Source: Dehalococcoidia bacterium (GTDB taxonomy: Bacteria > Chloroflexota > Dehalococcoidia > Lucifugimonadales > UBA2985). Taken from it: a stretch of DNA of 64,000 nucleotides. Where the stretch lies: NCBI GenBank assembly GCA_965247645.1, contig OZ252024.1:865683-929682 (forward strand), in the 5' to 3' direction. Positions 8,123-18,291 of this stretch are shown here, one piece after another (the stretch's first letter is position 1; each line of letters begins with the position of its first letter). The position numbers were made by a program, and so were the translations under genes. The notes under the pieces were generated by a model. That model made no database searches. It saw only the letters and a list, made by a program, of their open reading frames with translations, and was not told the DNA's origin.

Positions 8123-11100
8123 ATGATAGGACGTCGGAGTCTCATGCCTTTTGCGCTTATTCTGATACTTATTCTTGTGGCCTGCGAGTCCGACGCTACG
8201 TCAACGCCCACCCCTACGGAGGCTCCCACTCCCACTGCGATGCCTGCGACCACTGCTACGGCGTCACCCACACCCACACCCACTCCTGCTCCCACCGCAT
8301 CGCCAACGCTTGCGCCCACTCCAACCTCCACGCCTGCCCCTACAGAGGCCTCCACGACTGCGCCCACGTTGCCCCCCACCCCTGGTGTCCACTTTCCAGC
8401 GGACACCATATTCGCCTTGAGGGAGGCCGTGGTCAGGGTAATCGGCGCCAGGGCCGTAGGCTCCGGGGCCATTGTGGATGACCAGGGCCTGGTGGTTGCC
8501 AGTCTCAGTGCAGTAGGAGACGACCCTACGGTCCTGGTGGAGATGGTGGATGGCAGCAAGAAGACAGGGATTGTCCTGGGCACAGACAGCATAGCCGGCC
8601 TGGCCCTGCTGAGGATTTCCGGCGACGGCTACACCAGCCTGCCGTTGGGAGACGTTTCCTCCCTGGAGGCCGGCGACGCGCTGCTTACACTGGGCTTCCC
8701 GGAGCAGGGGGCCGTCGGCGAAACGGAGTGGGAGCTTGAGGCCCTGCCGTCCATGGTGTCCGCTGCGGGACCGGCAGAGGGGATCTCCTACGTCAATGCA
8801 GCCCAGTCCCTGCCGCCAGGCTACGCCGGGGGCCCCACTGTGGACGATCAAGGCCGCCTTGTAGGACTGACCGCCTCTCCGGGACTTATTATCATGGTGG
8901 ACCGCTTGAAGGAGGTTATGCCTTCTCTGAGGGATGGCGTGGATATATCCGTCCCAGCAAAGGAGGACATAGTCTACTACAGATGGGAAACCGCCTTATC
9001 GGAGACATTCCTCTTTACCACCGATGAAGAAGGTAACAGCGAAAGGTTGATCCCCGGACAGAAAACGTCCAACCGGTTCGTGGAGCGGTCCCCCGATGGC
9101 TCCAAGCTGGTTTACGCCTCCCCCAGGGGACTGGGTTCCAACTGGGACATCTACATGGCTAACGCGGACGGCTCCAATGAAACTCGTCTTACTTACGATG
9201 TCGGCGCAGACTGGCAGGCATCCTGGGGCCCTGCGGGAGAGAAGCTGGTCTTCACCAGCGGCATGGATGGCAACTTTGAGATTTACATGATGAACGCCGA
9301 CGGCTCTGAAAAGGTCCGGCTGACTGAGAATGACGCCGCCGACCTAGCCCCTCACATCTCCCCCGATGGCCGCAAAATCGTCTTCGTCTCTGATCGAGAC
9401 GGTAATGAAGAGATCTACTCTATGGATATCGATGGGAACAACCTGCGCCGCTTGACGAGCAACGACGCCCTGGATGGAGACCCGCGTTGGTCTCCTGACT
9501 CGCGTCGAATACTGTTCGAATCCGATAGGTCGGGCAACCTGGATATCTTTGTGATGGACGCGAGCGGCCGCAACGTGACGTCCCTTACCGATGCCGAGGG
9601 AATCGACCTCACGCCGGACTGGTCTCCGGACGGCTCCAAGATAGTGTATGTTGGAGAGTTGGTATCAGGAGACCTGGAGATCTTCGTCATGAACGCGGAC
9701 GGGAGCGAAAACCGCCGGGTAACTGTGAGTGGAGGACTGAAATCGCATCCCCGCTGGGGAGCGCCCCCTCAGGGTATGCCCTACGTGCCCTCCAACACCT
9801 CCATTGCCTTTGCGTCCAACAGGCAGGGCGAGACGGACATCTACCGCATGGAGCCGTCCGGGAACCACGCCTTTAGACTGACGGACAGCCCGGCGCGGGA
9901 CGAGTCCCCGGCCTGGTCTCCCAACGGCAGCCTCATCGCCTTCCAGTCCTTCAGGGACGGCAATGGCGAGGTCTACATAATGGATGCCGGCGGGGCAGGA
10001 CAGAGGAATCTCACAGCCAACTCCGCCCTTGACAGATATCCGGCATGGTCTCCCAATGGCGCGCGCATAGCCTTTGAAACGGACCGGGACGGCAATGGCG
10101 AGGTCTACGTAATGAATTCGGACGGGACCCAGCCCGTGAACCTGACTGGCAGTCCCGGAAATGACTCCCATCCCGCATGGTCTCCTGACGGCCAATCCAT
10201 AGCCTTCGACACCGGACGCTACGGAAAGCTGGAAGTGGCCGTGATGGACGCCGACGGCTCAAACGTGAGGCGGCTCACCAACATTGGCGCTCTCAGCGTT
10301 CGGCCAAGCTGGTCGCCAGACGGCAAAACCCTGGCCTTTGAGTCCAACGGCGGCAGCGATTTCGACCTGTACCTCATCGGCGCGGACGGCTCCGGCCAGG
10401 TCAAGCTGCTGGCCCTGCCGGGAAACCAGCGCTCCCCGATCTGGTCCACCAACGGAGACGCCATACTGTTCCGCTCCGACCACGACAGCAGCGACGGCAG
10501 CTACGAGGTCTACATGGCTGAGCCGGACGGCTCCAACCTCTTCCGCGTAACACGCAACCCGGCGAATGACACCGGCGCCGCCTGGTCGCCCCTGCTTCCC
10601 TCACGCCTGGGCGTGGTCAGCAACGGGGCAGTGGCTTTCTCTTCGAACTATGGCGGCACCCAGGACATATACCTGATGAACGCCGATGGCAGCGTTCAGG
10701 CCCAACTGACGGACCACCTGGCGTCCGACAGGGAGCCCAGCTGGTCTCCGGACGGGACCAGGTTGGCCTTCACCTCCAATCGGGATGGTGGATGGGAGCT
10801 GTACACCATCGGATCCGACGGCGTCGACCTGACGCGCCTTACCAGCAACAACGTCCTGGAGGGGACGCCGCGATGGTCTCCCGATGGCCGGAGGATCGCC
10901 TTTTGGACCTTCAAGAGCGGGGACGCCGCCATCTGCATAATGAATGCCGACGGCTCCAACGTAGTGAACCTGACCGGCTTCTCAGGCTGGAACTTCAGCC
11001 CCTCCTGGTCTCCTGACAGCCGCAGGTTGCTCTTCCAGTCGGAGAGAGACGGCAACAGCGAGATCTACGTGCTGGACGTGGGGACGGGTGAGCAGACGCG

Positions 11101-12280
11101 CCTTACCGACAACGACTTCTTTGACGGTTCGCCCGCCTGGTCTCCAGATGGACAGAAAGTCCTGTTCCACTCGGACAGGCACGAGAGCGGCAGAGACGGC
11201 AACTTTGAGATATACGCCATGAACGCCAACGGCTCAGAGGTAGAGAGGTTGACCAGGGAGAACGCCAGAGACATGGACCCCGCGTGGTCCGGCGACGGCA
11301 GCAGGGTCTACTACGTGTCCTGGAGCGACGAGGGTCCGGACGTAGTCTATATGAATCCGGATGGCAGCGGCCGCACTCCTCTGGCGCGGGGGGTGGGGTT
11401 GGACCTGTCGCCCCAGGCCTCTCTTGCCTACACGGCCCTGGATGGACAGCCCATTGCCTACCACAGCATGGCGCCCAATCAACCCAACATCGTGCAGGTC
11501 TGGCGCATGAACGCCGACGGCACAGACGCCATTCAGCTTACCGACCTGGCCGAGGATAGCGCTTCGCCCCAGTGGTCCCCAGACGGCTCCAGCATAGCCT
11601 TCGATACCCTCCGGGACACCGACCTTAAGGTCTACTTGATGGACCCCGATGGCGAAAACCAGCGCCACCTGTCCCGCCGCCCGGACGTCGGCGACTCGTT
11701 CCCCTCCTGGTCCCATGACGGCGCCAGGATAGTGTTCACTTCCGGCGGGGATGGCGTTGATGATGAAATATTCATCGTCAACGCGGACGGCTCGTCCCCC
11801 GTTCAGCTAACGGACAATGACGCAGACGACTCAATACCCCGCGTCTCTCCCGATGGAGCCAAAATTCTCTTCATCTCGGACCGGGACGGCAACGCGGAAA
11901 TATACGTCATGGACGTGGACGGCTCAAACCAGGTGAACCTGAGCAACACCCCCGAGGACGAGGTGTCCGCAAACTGGTCACCCGACGGCCTGAAGATAGC
12001 GTTCTCATCGGAGCGGGACGGCAACGGCCAGATATACGAGATGGACGCCGACGGCTCCAACGTGCGCCGGCTGACGTTCAACTCGGCGCAGGAGTGGTAC
12101 CCCGCATACTCCGCAGACGCCACGCTGATAGTGTTCATGTCGGACAGGGAAGACACCTTCCAGATCTACGCCATGAACGCCGACGGCACAGGGCAGGTGA
12201 GGCTGACGGAGGGCAACCTCCACGAAGGCCAGCCGGCATGGCGCCCGGATACGCCGGTGGAGAGCGCCGCTACAGCCTGA
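8123..12280 (+). CDS. Lipoprotein: degenerate trypsin-like (S1C-like) domain fused to about 24 TolB/PD40 beta-propeller repeats
   Basis: Signal with LVAC lipobox and a PT-rich linker. The HtrA-like core GSGAIVDDQGLVVASLSAV...DSIAGLALLRI...PPGYAGGPTVDDQGRLVGL has all three catalytic positions substituted. The motif WSPDGxxIxFxSDRDGNxEIYxMNADGSNxxxLT then recurs about every 44 aa to the C-terminus. Confidence 0.85.
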   Translation: MIGRRSLMPFALILILILVACESDATSTPTPTEAPTPTAMPATTATASPTPTPTPAPTASPTLAPTPTSTPAPTEASTTAPTLPPTPGVHFPADTIFALREAVVRVIGARAVGSGAIVDDQGLVVASLSAVGDDPTVLVEMVDGSKKTGIVLGTDSIAGLALLRISGDGYTSLPLGDVSSLEAGDALLTLGFPEQGAVGETEWELEALPSMVSAAGPAEGISYVNAAQSLPPGYAGGPTVDDQGRLVGLTASPGLIIMVDRLKEVMPSLRDGVDISVPAKEDIVYYRWETALSETFLFTTDEEGNSERLIPGQKTSNRFVERSPDGSKLVYASPRGLGSNWDIYMANADGSNETRLTYDVGADWQASWGPAGEKLVFTSGMDGNFEIYMMNADGSEKVRLTENDAADLAPHISPDGRKIVFVSDRDGNEEIYSMDIDGNNLRRLTSNDALDGDPRWSPDSRRILFESDRSGNLDIFVMDASGRNVTSLTDAEGIDLTPDWSPDGSKIVYVGELVSGDLEIFVMNADGSENRRVTVSGGLKSHPRWGAPPQGMPYVPSNTSIAFASNRQGETDIYRMEPSGNHAFRLTDSPARDESPAWSPNGSLIAFQSFRDGNGEVYIMDAGGAGQRNLTANSALDRYPAWSPNGARIAFETDRDGNGEVYVMNSDGTQPVNLTGSPGNDSHPAWSPDGQSIAFDTGRYGKLEVAVMDADGSNVRRLTNIGALSVRPSWSPDGKTLAFESNGGSDFDLYLIGADGSGQVKLLALPGNQRSPIWSTNGDAILFRSDHDSSDGSYEVYMAEPDGSNLFRVTRNPANDTGAAWSPLLPSRLGVVSNGAVAFSSNYGGTQDIYLMNADGSVQAQLTDHLASDREPSWSPDGTRLAFTSNRDGGWELYTIGSDGVDLTRLTSNNVLEGTPRWSPDGRRIAFWTFKSGDAAICIMNADGSNVVNLTGFSGWNFSPSWSPDSRRLLFQSERDGNSEIYVLDVGTGEQTRLTDNDFFDGSPAWSPDGQKVLFHSDRHESGRDGNFEIYAMNANGSEVERLTRENARDMDPAWSGDGSRVYYVSWSDEGPDVVYMNPDGSGRTPLARGVGLDLSPQASLAYTALDGQPIAYHSMAPNQPNIVQVWRMNADGTDAIQLTDLAEDSASPQWSPDGSSIAFDTLRDTDLKVYLMDPDGENQRHLSRRPDVGDSFPSWSHDGARIVFTSGGDGVDDEIFIVNADGSSPVQLTDNDADDSIPRVSPDGAKILFISDRDGNAEIYVMDVDGSNQVNLSNTPEDEVSANWSPDGLKIAFSSERDGNGQIYEMDADGSNVRRLTFNSAQEWYPAYSADATLIVFMSDREDTFQIYAMNADGTGQVRLTEGNLHEGQPAWRPDTPVESAATA

Positions 12281-12538
12281 GAAGGCCAACGGGGCAAGAC
12301 AGCCACGGACGCCGCCCGCGTGACTTAGGGCGCGGGCTCAGCAGTGAGGGATGGGCAAAGACTAGCTTGGGGTCAAAAACGGATGAAGCCACATGAGCCC
12401 CCGCTTCCTGGCTGATCATGAATTCATCCAGTGGAAGAAACGTTAGCTCGCTGTCGAACTCAGCAATCATTTGCCGTAGTGCCAAATCAGTTCTTTGGCA
12501 TTGTACTATCCCGGGAGAATTTCTGGGAGAGAGTGCCA

Positions 12539-13066
12539 CTACCTAGCAAATTGGAATACAGTAATAACCGCAGCTACTACAGAGAGAGCTTGGAAAGCCA
12601 AAGTAATTACCTTTCCCCATGTTTCGTATTGCCACTGATCCGTCTGGAAACCAACCGCTCTAAACACAAAAAAGGGGGAAAGACCTAGCCAATGCAAAGG
12701 ATTAAATGTCCTTAACCATGAGGCCGAATAATCTTCCTCATAAACTCCAATAGCTCTCTCTACCATATCGATTACTTCCTGTTCGGTTATGCGGAACTGA
12801 TCCAAGTTCCACACACTACCTAGCAAGTCGATAGCAACACTGCTAGTCGTTCTTGGATTATATGAATGCACAGTTGTGGGAATACCCGCAGCCCTAATCA
12901 TCCTTTCACTGGATACAATCATTAAATTGATTGTGGTACGAAGAGCCAGATTATTTAGTGTACTTGATTCATTCTCAAAATATCTGACGATGGCATTGCG
13001 CAACTCCTTTAATCGCCTGACCCTTCGCCTATTTTCCCAACAGGATATTTGATTGTACAGTTGCAT
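12539..13066 (-). CDS. Orphan hypothetical protein with a C-terminal hydrophobic helix, in a low-GC patch
   Basis: 175-aa ORF. Local GC is clearly lower than flanking DNA (about 42% by eye). The C-terminus GKVITLAFQALSVVAAVITVFQF is TM-like. No family recognised. Confidence 0.5.
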   Translation of the reverse strand: MQLYNQISCWENRRRVRRLKELRNAIVRYFENESSTLNNLALRTTINLMIVSSERMIRAAGIPTTVHSYNPRTTSSVAIDLLGSVWNLDQFRITEQEVIDMVERAIGVYEEDYSASWLRTFNPLHWLGLSPFFVFRAVGFQTDQWQYETWGKVITLAFQALSVVAAVITVFQFAR

Positions 13067-13068
13067 AT

Positions 13069-13251
13069 CTACCTCATCATACCAGAGCGCATTACAGAGG
13101 TAGCATTGAGACTCAAATTCCTCAGGTCCCCCACCCTTATCAGTAAGGTATCAGTAAGGCCCCAAGTCATACAGTGGGGGAAATCCAGCCTGCCAAGGCC
13201 ATGATCGACCGCAGCGTTTATGGCAGAGTGAAAATCACGGGGAGCAATCAC
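13069..13251 (-). CDS. Possible small ORF tightly coupled to 12539..13066
   Basis: Its TAG stop (13069-13071) lies 2 nt from the ATG (13066) of the downstream gene. There is no homology signal, so it could be spurious. Confidence 0.2.
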   Translation of the reverse strand: MIAPRDFHSAINAAVDHGLGRLDFPHCMTWGLTDTLLIRVGDLRNLSLNATSVMRSGMMR

Positions 13252-13309
13252 CCTACCTCATGGTGGGCGCTCCAAGCGTCGAAGGGTTGGGACGACTGCC
13301 GGCTGCGGG

Positions 13310-13975
13310 TCAGTACATTACGTGCGCCTGCACCGATACGGCCACCGACATCTCAATGTCCTGGATGGCCCGAGACATGGCTTGGCCGATGAGGTCCAGC
13401 TTGCGCACCTGCTCGATACGAGCAGCCACCGTGGCCAGCTCTTGCCGGGTCAGCAGCTCCTTGAAGATGTCGCAGGCGTCGGCCAAGCAGATGATCACCA
13501 CGTCGCGCGGGCTGGGGATGCCATCGCTGAACAGCACGTCCATAATGCGTAGCTTCACCTCGCGCTCCGCATTGCCATCTACGGACGGGTAACGCCTGGA
13601 GCGGAACACCCAGAGAAAGCGGTCGTCCTGGCGCTCCAGAATGCCCTCCTCCACCAGCCGGGAAAGCGCCTCCTCGCGGATGGCTGGGCCGCTCCTTGCC
13701 GTGCTTGTAACCCAGAAACGGGCGTCGTGCTTCTCCCCCATCTCGGCCTGGGCTGCAATCTCGGCCAGCGTGGGGTCAAGCAGGCTGTCGCCGATGGGCG
13801 TGGCATCGATGAGAAACAGGCTGTCCAGGTCTGTGTCGATGCGGTTCTCCATCGCCAGGTCCATCAGCACAGCACCGGCGGTGGCGTAGTCCAGCGACCA
13901 GTTGGACACGGTTACGAACCTCCCGTCATCGTCGCGAAGCAGAAGCAGGACTATTTCCTCGACAAATCTCAACAT
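13310..13975 (-). CDS. GOLPH3/GPP34-family protein
   Basis: MLRFVEEIVLLLLRDDDGRF...LDYATAGAVLMDLAMENRI is the typical GPP34 N-terminus, and the length (221 aa) fits. Confidence 0.75.
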   Translation of the reverse strand: MLRFVEEIVLLLLRDDDGRFVTVSNWSLDYATAGAVLMDLAMENRIDTDLDSLFLIDATPIGDSLLDPTLAEIAAQAEMGEKHDARFWVTSTARSGPAIREEALSRLVEEGILERQDDRFLWVFRSRRYPSVDGNAEREVKLRIMDVLFSDGIPSPRDVVIICLADACDIFKELLTRQELATVAARIEQVRKLDLIGQAMSRAIQDIEMSVAVSVQAHVMY

Positions 13976-14236
13976 GATGCTCGCCCTTTCCAGGTAAAGC
14001 CCCTATTTTAGCGCCGATGTAGGGCCAACGCCCGCCACCAATGCGCCGATGTCATGCAACCATAATAATATATCCAGCCAACTCCCCGCAAGCGGAACGC
14101 GTACGCAGAAAGCGGAGATTATGGGAGCGGCAGAGTGTCCTCAGCCAGACGCGGAATGACATTGCAACAAGCGAGCGCTCAGGGGCTAAGCTCCGGTTGT
14201 GCGGACACAAGGCTTTCTGGTATATTGAGTCTCCGT

Positions 14237-14312
14237 GGGGCTGTGGCTCAGTTGGGAGAGCGCCTCAATGGCATTGAGGAGGTCGGGGGTTCGACTCCCC
14301 CCAGCTCCACCA
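14237..14312 (+). tRNA. tRNA-Ala (anticodon GGC), CCA encoded
   Basis: Cloverleaf folded by hand. Acceptor ggggctg/cagctcc has the G3:U70 Ala identity pair. D arm is gctc-agttggga-gagc. Anticodon arm is cctca-atGGCat-tgagg. T arm is ggggg-ttcgact-ccccc, ending in ACCA. Confidence 0.9.
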
Positions 14313-14418
14313 CAAATATGTATTGGACACCGGGGTCGCGCTACTAGGGCTGTAAGACCGGTATAGTTGCGAAAAGTACCGGACTTCTCCCTCAAGAACT
14401 TACCATCGGGAGGAAGCA

Positions 14419-15444
14419 ATGCCTTATTTCATGTACGTTGCACTGCAAGAGGACGACCAGATTTCGGTTCTTGAAATCGACCCGCGAACTGGAAAGCTAA
14501 CTCATCAGGTTGAGGTATCCGTACCAGGCGGGCCGTCCACCCTGGTAATCAGCCCGGACCGGAAGTTTCTTTACGCCGGCTGCCGCGACACTCCTCAGAT
14601 AGCCAGCTTTGAGATTGACCAGGCCAACGGGGGACTCACCTGGACCGGGAATGTGCCGCTGGAAGCTAATCCCACATTCATTTCCACCGATCGCAGGGGG
14701 AGGTTCATGCTGTCGGCCTATTACCAGGGCGCCCATGTGGGAGTGCATCCGATTGGTGATGATGGCTCGGTGGGGGGCCCACCTATCGAATGGCTGGAAA
14801 CGGCCACCGGCGCCCACGCAATGCAGACCGACCCGACCAATACCTACGCTTTTGTGCCACACATCGCTGGCAATGGACCCAACGCTATCTTTCAGTTCAA
14901 GTTCGATCAAGACACCGGCCATATTAGCCCGAATTCGCCGGCCCGGGTGGATCTGGAAGAGATTCTAGGTCCCCGCCACTTTTGTTTTCACCCGTCCTTG
15001 GACATCCTCTATTTTTCCAACGAGCAGGGTTGCAGCGTGAGTGGCTATCGACTGGACACCGGATCAGGAACGCTGTCGCTGTTTCAAACTATAACCACCT
15101 TGCCTGAGGATGGTTTCGAGGAAAGGAATACCTGCTCCCAGATTCAGGTCTCCGCGTCGGGGAGATTCCTTTACGCTCACAACCGGGGACATAACAGCAT
15201 CGCTTGCTTTTCAGTAGATACGGCGACGGGAGAATTGACCGCCAACGGTATCGTTCCCTCAGAGCCGATACCTAACGCCTTGTGCCTGGACCCTCAAGAG
15301 AAGTTTCTCTTCTCCGCCGGGCAGGAATCGGGCCGCATGGCCTCCTTCAGCATCAACCCGGACACCGGGAAACTGACGCCGATGGAGACTTACCCGTTGG
15401 GCAACCGGCCGACTTGGGTGTCGATTGTAGAATTACCCGGATAA
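14419..15444 (+). CDS. Lactonase, 7-bladed beta-propeller family (6-phosphogluconolactonase-like)
   Basis: YVALQEDDQISVLEIDPRTGKLT..., repeated GxxPRHFxFHPSxxxLY-type blades, 341 aa. RBS gggagg is upstream. Confidence 0.75.
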   Translation: MPYFMYVALQEDDQISVLEIDPRTGKLTHQVEVSVPGGPSTLVISPDRKFLYAGCRDTPQIASFEIDQANGGLTWTGNVPLEANPTFISTDRRGRFMLSAYYQGAHVGVHPIGDDGSVGGPPIEWLETATGAHAMQTDPTNTYAFVPHIAGNGPNAIFQFKFDQDTGHISPNSPARVDLEEILGPRHFCFHPSLDILYFSNEQGCSVSGYRLDTGSGTLSLFQTITTLPEDGFEERNTCSQIQVSASGRFLYAHNRGHNSIACFSVDTATGELTANGIVPSEPIPNALCLDPQEKFLFSAGQESGRMASFSINPDTGKLTPMETYPLGNRPTWVSIVELPG

Positions 15445-15499
15445 ACGGTACGGCGGACATGATGAATCACCTACCCGGAAGTTTGTAATACGGCATTGC

Positions 15500-15860
15500 T
15501 TGCCCTTATCCAGACAACAGGTTAGGGAACCAAATCGGGGAAGCAATTCTGGCAACTACGGCAGCTTCTTGAAGTATTGGCTACGAGGCGCACGAGAGTC
15601 CGCCTCTGCTGGCCTAACTGGATACAGCTTGCAGGTCAAGTACATCACGCCACCTGTGCGCCACAACCGCACCACAAAGATGTTGTCGACTTACCGCCTC
15701 TTACCATCCATGCTGATCTTCACCCCTCGATTCTGAAGGACCTGGGTGAACTTCCGGCTGGTGAACTGGCTCCCTTGGGGCGGTTTTGAACACCTCAGGC
15801 CTTACCCTCTCCAGCGCCTCAGCCAATGTTTCGGCGCAAAGGCAGACGTCGAGTGTGTTG
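15500..15860 (-). pseudogene. IS3-family transposase OrfB remnant (in-frame stop, truncated)
   Basis: Reverse translation gives GSQFTSRKFTQVLQNRGVKISMDGKRR*VDNIFVVRLWRTGGVMYL...YFKKLP. This matches the IS3 DDE core (TDQGSQFTS...SMDGKGR..DNIFIERLWR) with an internal TAA. Confidence 0.6.
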
Positions 15861-15862
15861 GA

Positions 15863-16160
15863 CTATCCCCAAGCTACCACGTATCGACGTTGGTCCTCAC
15901 CCCGGAAACTGGACCAGTCGAAATGCGAGTCTTGTGGGGATGTGTTCTTGGGTGCAAGTGGACGGTATCCCAGGGCACGATGAGGCTTCTCCTGGTTGTA
16001 CTCTCTCCTCCACCACTCCATGAGTATCTGGGCTTCGGCAAGGGTGCTGAACACTTCACCGCTTAAGAACTCGTCCCTCAGTTTCCCGTTGACTGACTCT
16101 ACGTAACCGTTTTCCCAAGGACATCCAGGCCCTATGAACAGAGCCTTCACCCGTCCCATT
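15863..16160 (-). pseudogene. Second IS3-type (rve) transposase C-terminal fragment
   Basis: GPGCPWENGYVESVNGKLRDEFLSGEVFSTLAEAQILMEWWRREYNQEKPHRALGYRPLAP. There is no N-terminal catalytic part. Confidence 0.7.
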
Positions 16161-16242
16161 GTTGCTGACAATCTACACAGGCGTAGAATGTGATAGAATT
16201 TTCTGGAAGTGTCCAGCTGACTCGACAGCTTAAGGGGCATGA

Positions 16243-17559
16243 ATGTTACATTCAAACCAGGTTGCGATTGAGCAGATAGGCCATGAATTAGAGGCTTCTG
16301 TCTTAGTACCCGGATCCAAGAGTATCTCAAACCGCGTGCTGTTGCTCGGAGCCTTAGCGGAGGGCACATCCAAATTCTCAAACATTCAGACTAGTGATGA
16401 CTCCTGGGTATTCGTCCAAGCGCTCAGGGAGTTGGGCTTCTCCATACAGCAACCGGACACAACCGTCTGCGTCATTAATGGGTCTGGTGGACATATTCCT
16501 GCCAGGGCTGCGTCTGTGTGGTGCGGCAGCGCCGGAACCGCCGCTCGTTTCCTGCTGGCTGCCGCCGGAGCTGGCTCTGGCACATATCGATTTGACGCCA
16601 CAGAGCAAATGAAGCGCAGGCCCATGACCTCCCTTATCCATGCACTTGAGTCTCGAGGTGTCCACATCGATTCTGAAACTGGAACGTTCCCCTTGGAATT
16701 GATCACGGAGGGAATGGCAGGTGGTCATATTCAGATAGATGCTAGCGAGAGTAGTCAGTTTGTCTCGGCGATGTTGATGGCAGCCCCTCTTTGCAAGTCT
16801 TCTCTAAAGATCCATGCCGATGTCCAAGTTAGTAAACCCTATGTTGAGATGACCACGGCATTGATGGAGCGTTTTGGTGTAACCGTCAACCAGCTGGCCG
16901 TCGACATCTTCGAGGTTCCAAATCTATACTCCTACAAGGCCCTAGAATACACTGTTGAGCCTGACGCTTCCACTGCCTCCTATTTCGCGGCCGCAGCAGC
17001 AATAGTAGGTGGGCGTGTCACGCTAGAGCACCTACCTCTCGCGGGTTCACTCCAGGGGGACATCGAGTTCTTGCGGCTGCTGGAGATAATGGGCTGCAGG
17101 CTAGCTCAACATGGGTCAAGCACAATCGTGGAAGGGCCAGGCGCGGGAGGGCTCAGGGGAATAGAGGTAGACATTGGAGATATTTCTGACATGATGATGA
17201 CCCTGGCGTGCGTGGCGCCTTATGCGAATACGCCCACTACGATAACGAACATTGCTCATGTACGCGGCAAGGAGTCGGATCGTGTGAATAGCGTGGCCGT
17301 GGGGTTGGGTCGGATGGGGATCAGGGTTGAGGAGACCGAGGACACTATTTCCGTATACCCCGGGACACCGGCGGGAACGACGATAGACTCTTTTGGTGAC
17401 CACAGAATTGCCATGGCGTTTTCAATAATGGGGCTGAAAACACCGGGCGTTGTAATAGAAGATTTCCATTGTGTCTCGAAGACATGTCCAACATTTTTCG
17501 ACATGCTCCGTGGCATGGGGAGTGATAGAGGTCAGTTCGCTAGTGGGATGGTAACATGA
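16243..17559 (+). CDS. aroA: 3-phosphoshikimate 1-carboxyvinyltransferase (EPSP synthase)
   Basis: LVPGSKSISNRVLLLGALAEG, GSAGTAARFL, ESDRV and DHRIAMAF motifs; 438 aa. Confidence 0.9.
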   Translation: MLHSNQVAIEQIGHELEASVLVPGSKSISNRVLLLGALAEGTSKFSNIQTSDDSWVFVQALRELGFSIQQPDTTVCVINGSGGHIPARAASVWCGSAGTAARFLLAAAGAGSGTYRFDATEQMKRRPMTSLIHALESRGVHIDSETGTFPLELITEGMAGGHIQIDASESSQFVSAMLMAAPLCKSSLKIHADVQVSKPYVEMTTALMERFGVTVNQLAVDIFEVPNLYSYKALEYTVEPDASTASYFAAAAAIVGGRVTLEHLPLAGSLQGDIEFLRLLEIMGCRLAQHGSSTIVEGPGAGGLRGIEVDIGDISDMMMTLACVAPYANTPTTITNIAHVRGKESDRVNSVAVGLGRMGIRVEETEDTISVYPGTPAGTTIDSFGDHRIAMAFSIMGLKTPGVVIEDFHCVSKTCPTFFDMLRGMGSDRGQFASGMVT

Positions 17560-17739
17560 ACACCACCACCAGGGCTGCTGTTATCGGTCTAGGCTAGGTA
17601 TTCGACCTACCCCGAGGCGCTGGCCCGGCAAGGCTGAGGGCCTATTGAAAACCACCTCATGGTTCCGTCAGCCTCAGAATTCACGTGTCCCTTTTTCGCT
17701 GACGGCCTACAGACCACTGACCACGTAGAGAGGGTATCT

Positions 17740-18291
17740 TCATGTCGGCAGAAGGGGCGCTACTCCATCTTCAAGACCTATCTCCAATGCGTTAATCGCC
17801 AAGCAGAGCATTGAGTAGTAACCAATCGTCACAATCAGTTCGACAGCTCCCTGCTGCCCCAACAGGTGTTCGATTGCGCTGTAAGTCGCATCCCTGACTC
17901 GCTTGTCTTCCAGGAGCTCCTGTGTAAACTGGACGAACACCCCTTCCTTCGGCAGCAGACGCCGGGGCGGGCCGCCTTCCCTGATCGCTTCAACTACCTC
18001 CTCCCTAACACCGGCCTGTCTAGCCGAGTCGCAATGATGCGTCCATACATACTGACACTTGAGTGTTCTCGCGGTAGTCAAGGTGACAATCTCTCTGGCA
18101 TCGGGGGATAGGGTAGCCGAAACATAGCGGAGCTGTTCCCCGATCAGTGCTACTCTGGACGCCACGTCAGGGCTGTTGAGAAGGGCCGCGAAAGGTCTGG
18201 CCACATGTCCTCGATGGGCCGCTACCTGGTCATACAGAACTCTTTTGTCCGAGGGCAGGTCATCTCGGGTCAGATAAGGGACTCTGGTCAT
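17740..18291 (-). CDS. Carboxymuconolactone decarboxylase (AhpD-like) family protein
   Basis: FAALLNSPDVASRV...REIVTLTTARTLKCQYVWTHH; 183 aa. Confidence 0.8.
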   Translation of the reverse strand: MTRVPYLTRDDLPSDKRVLYDQVAAHRGHVARPFAALLNSPDVASRVALIGEQLRYVSATLSPDAREIVTLTTARTLKCQYVWTHHCDSARQAGVREEVVEAIREGGPPRRLLPKEGVFVQFTQELLEDKRVRDATYSAIEHLLGQQGAVELIVTIGYYSMLCLAINALEIGLEDGVAPLLPT

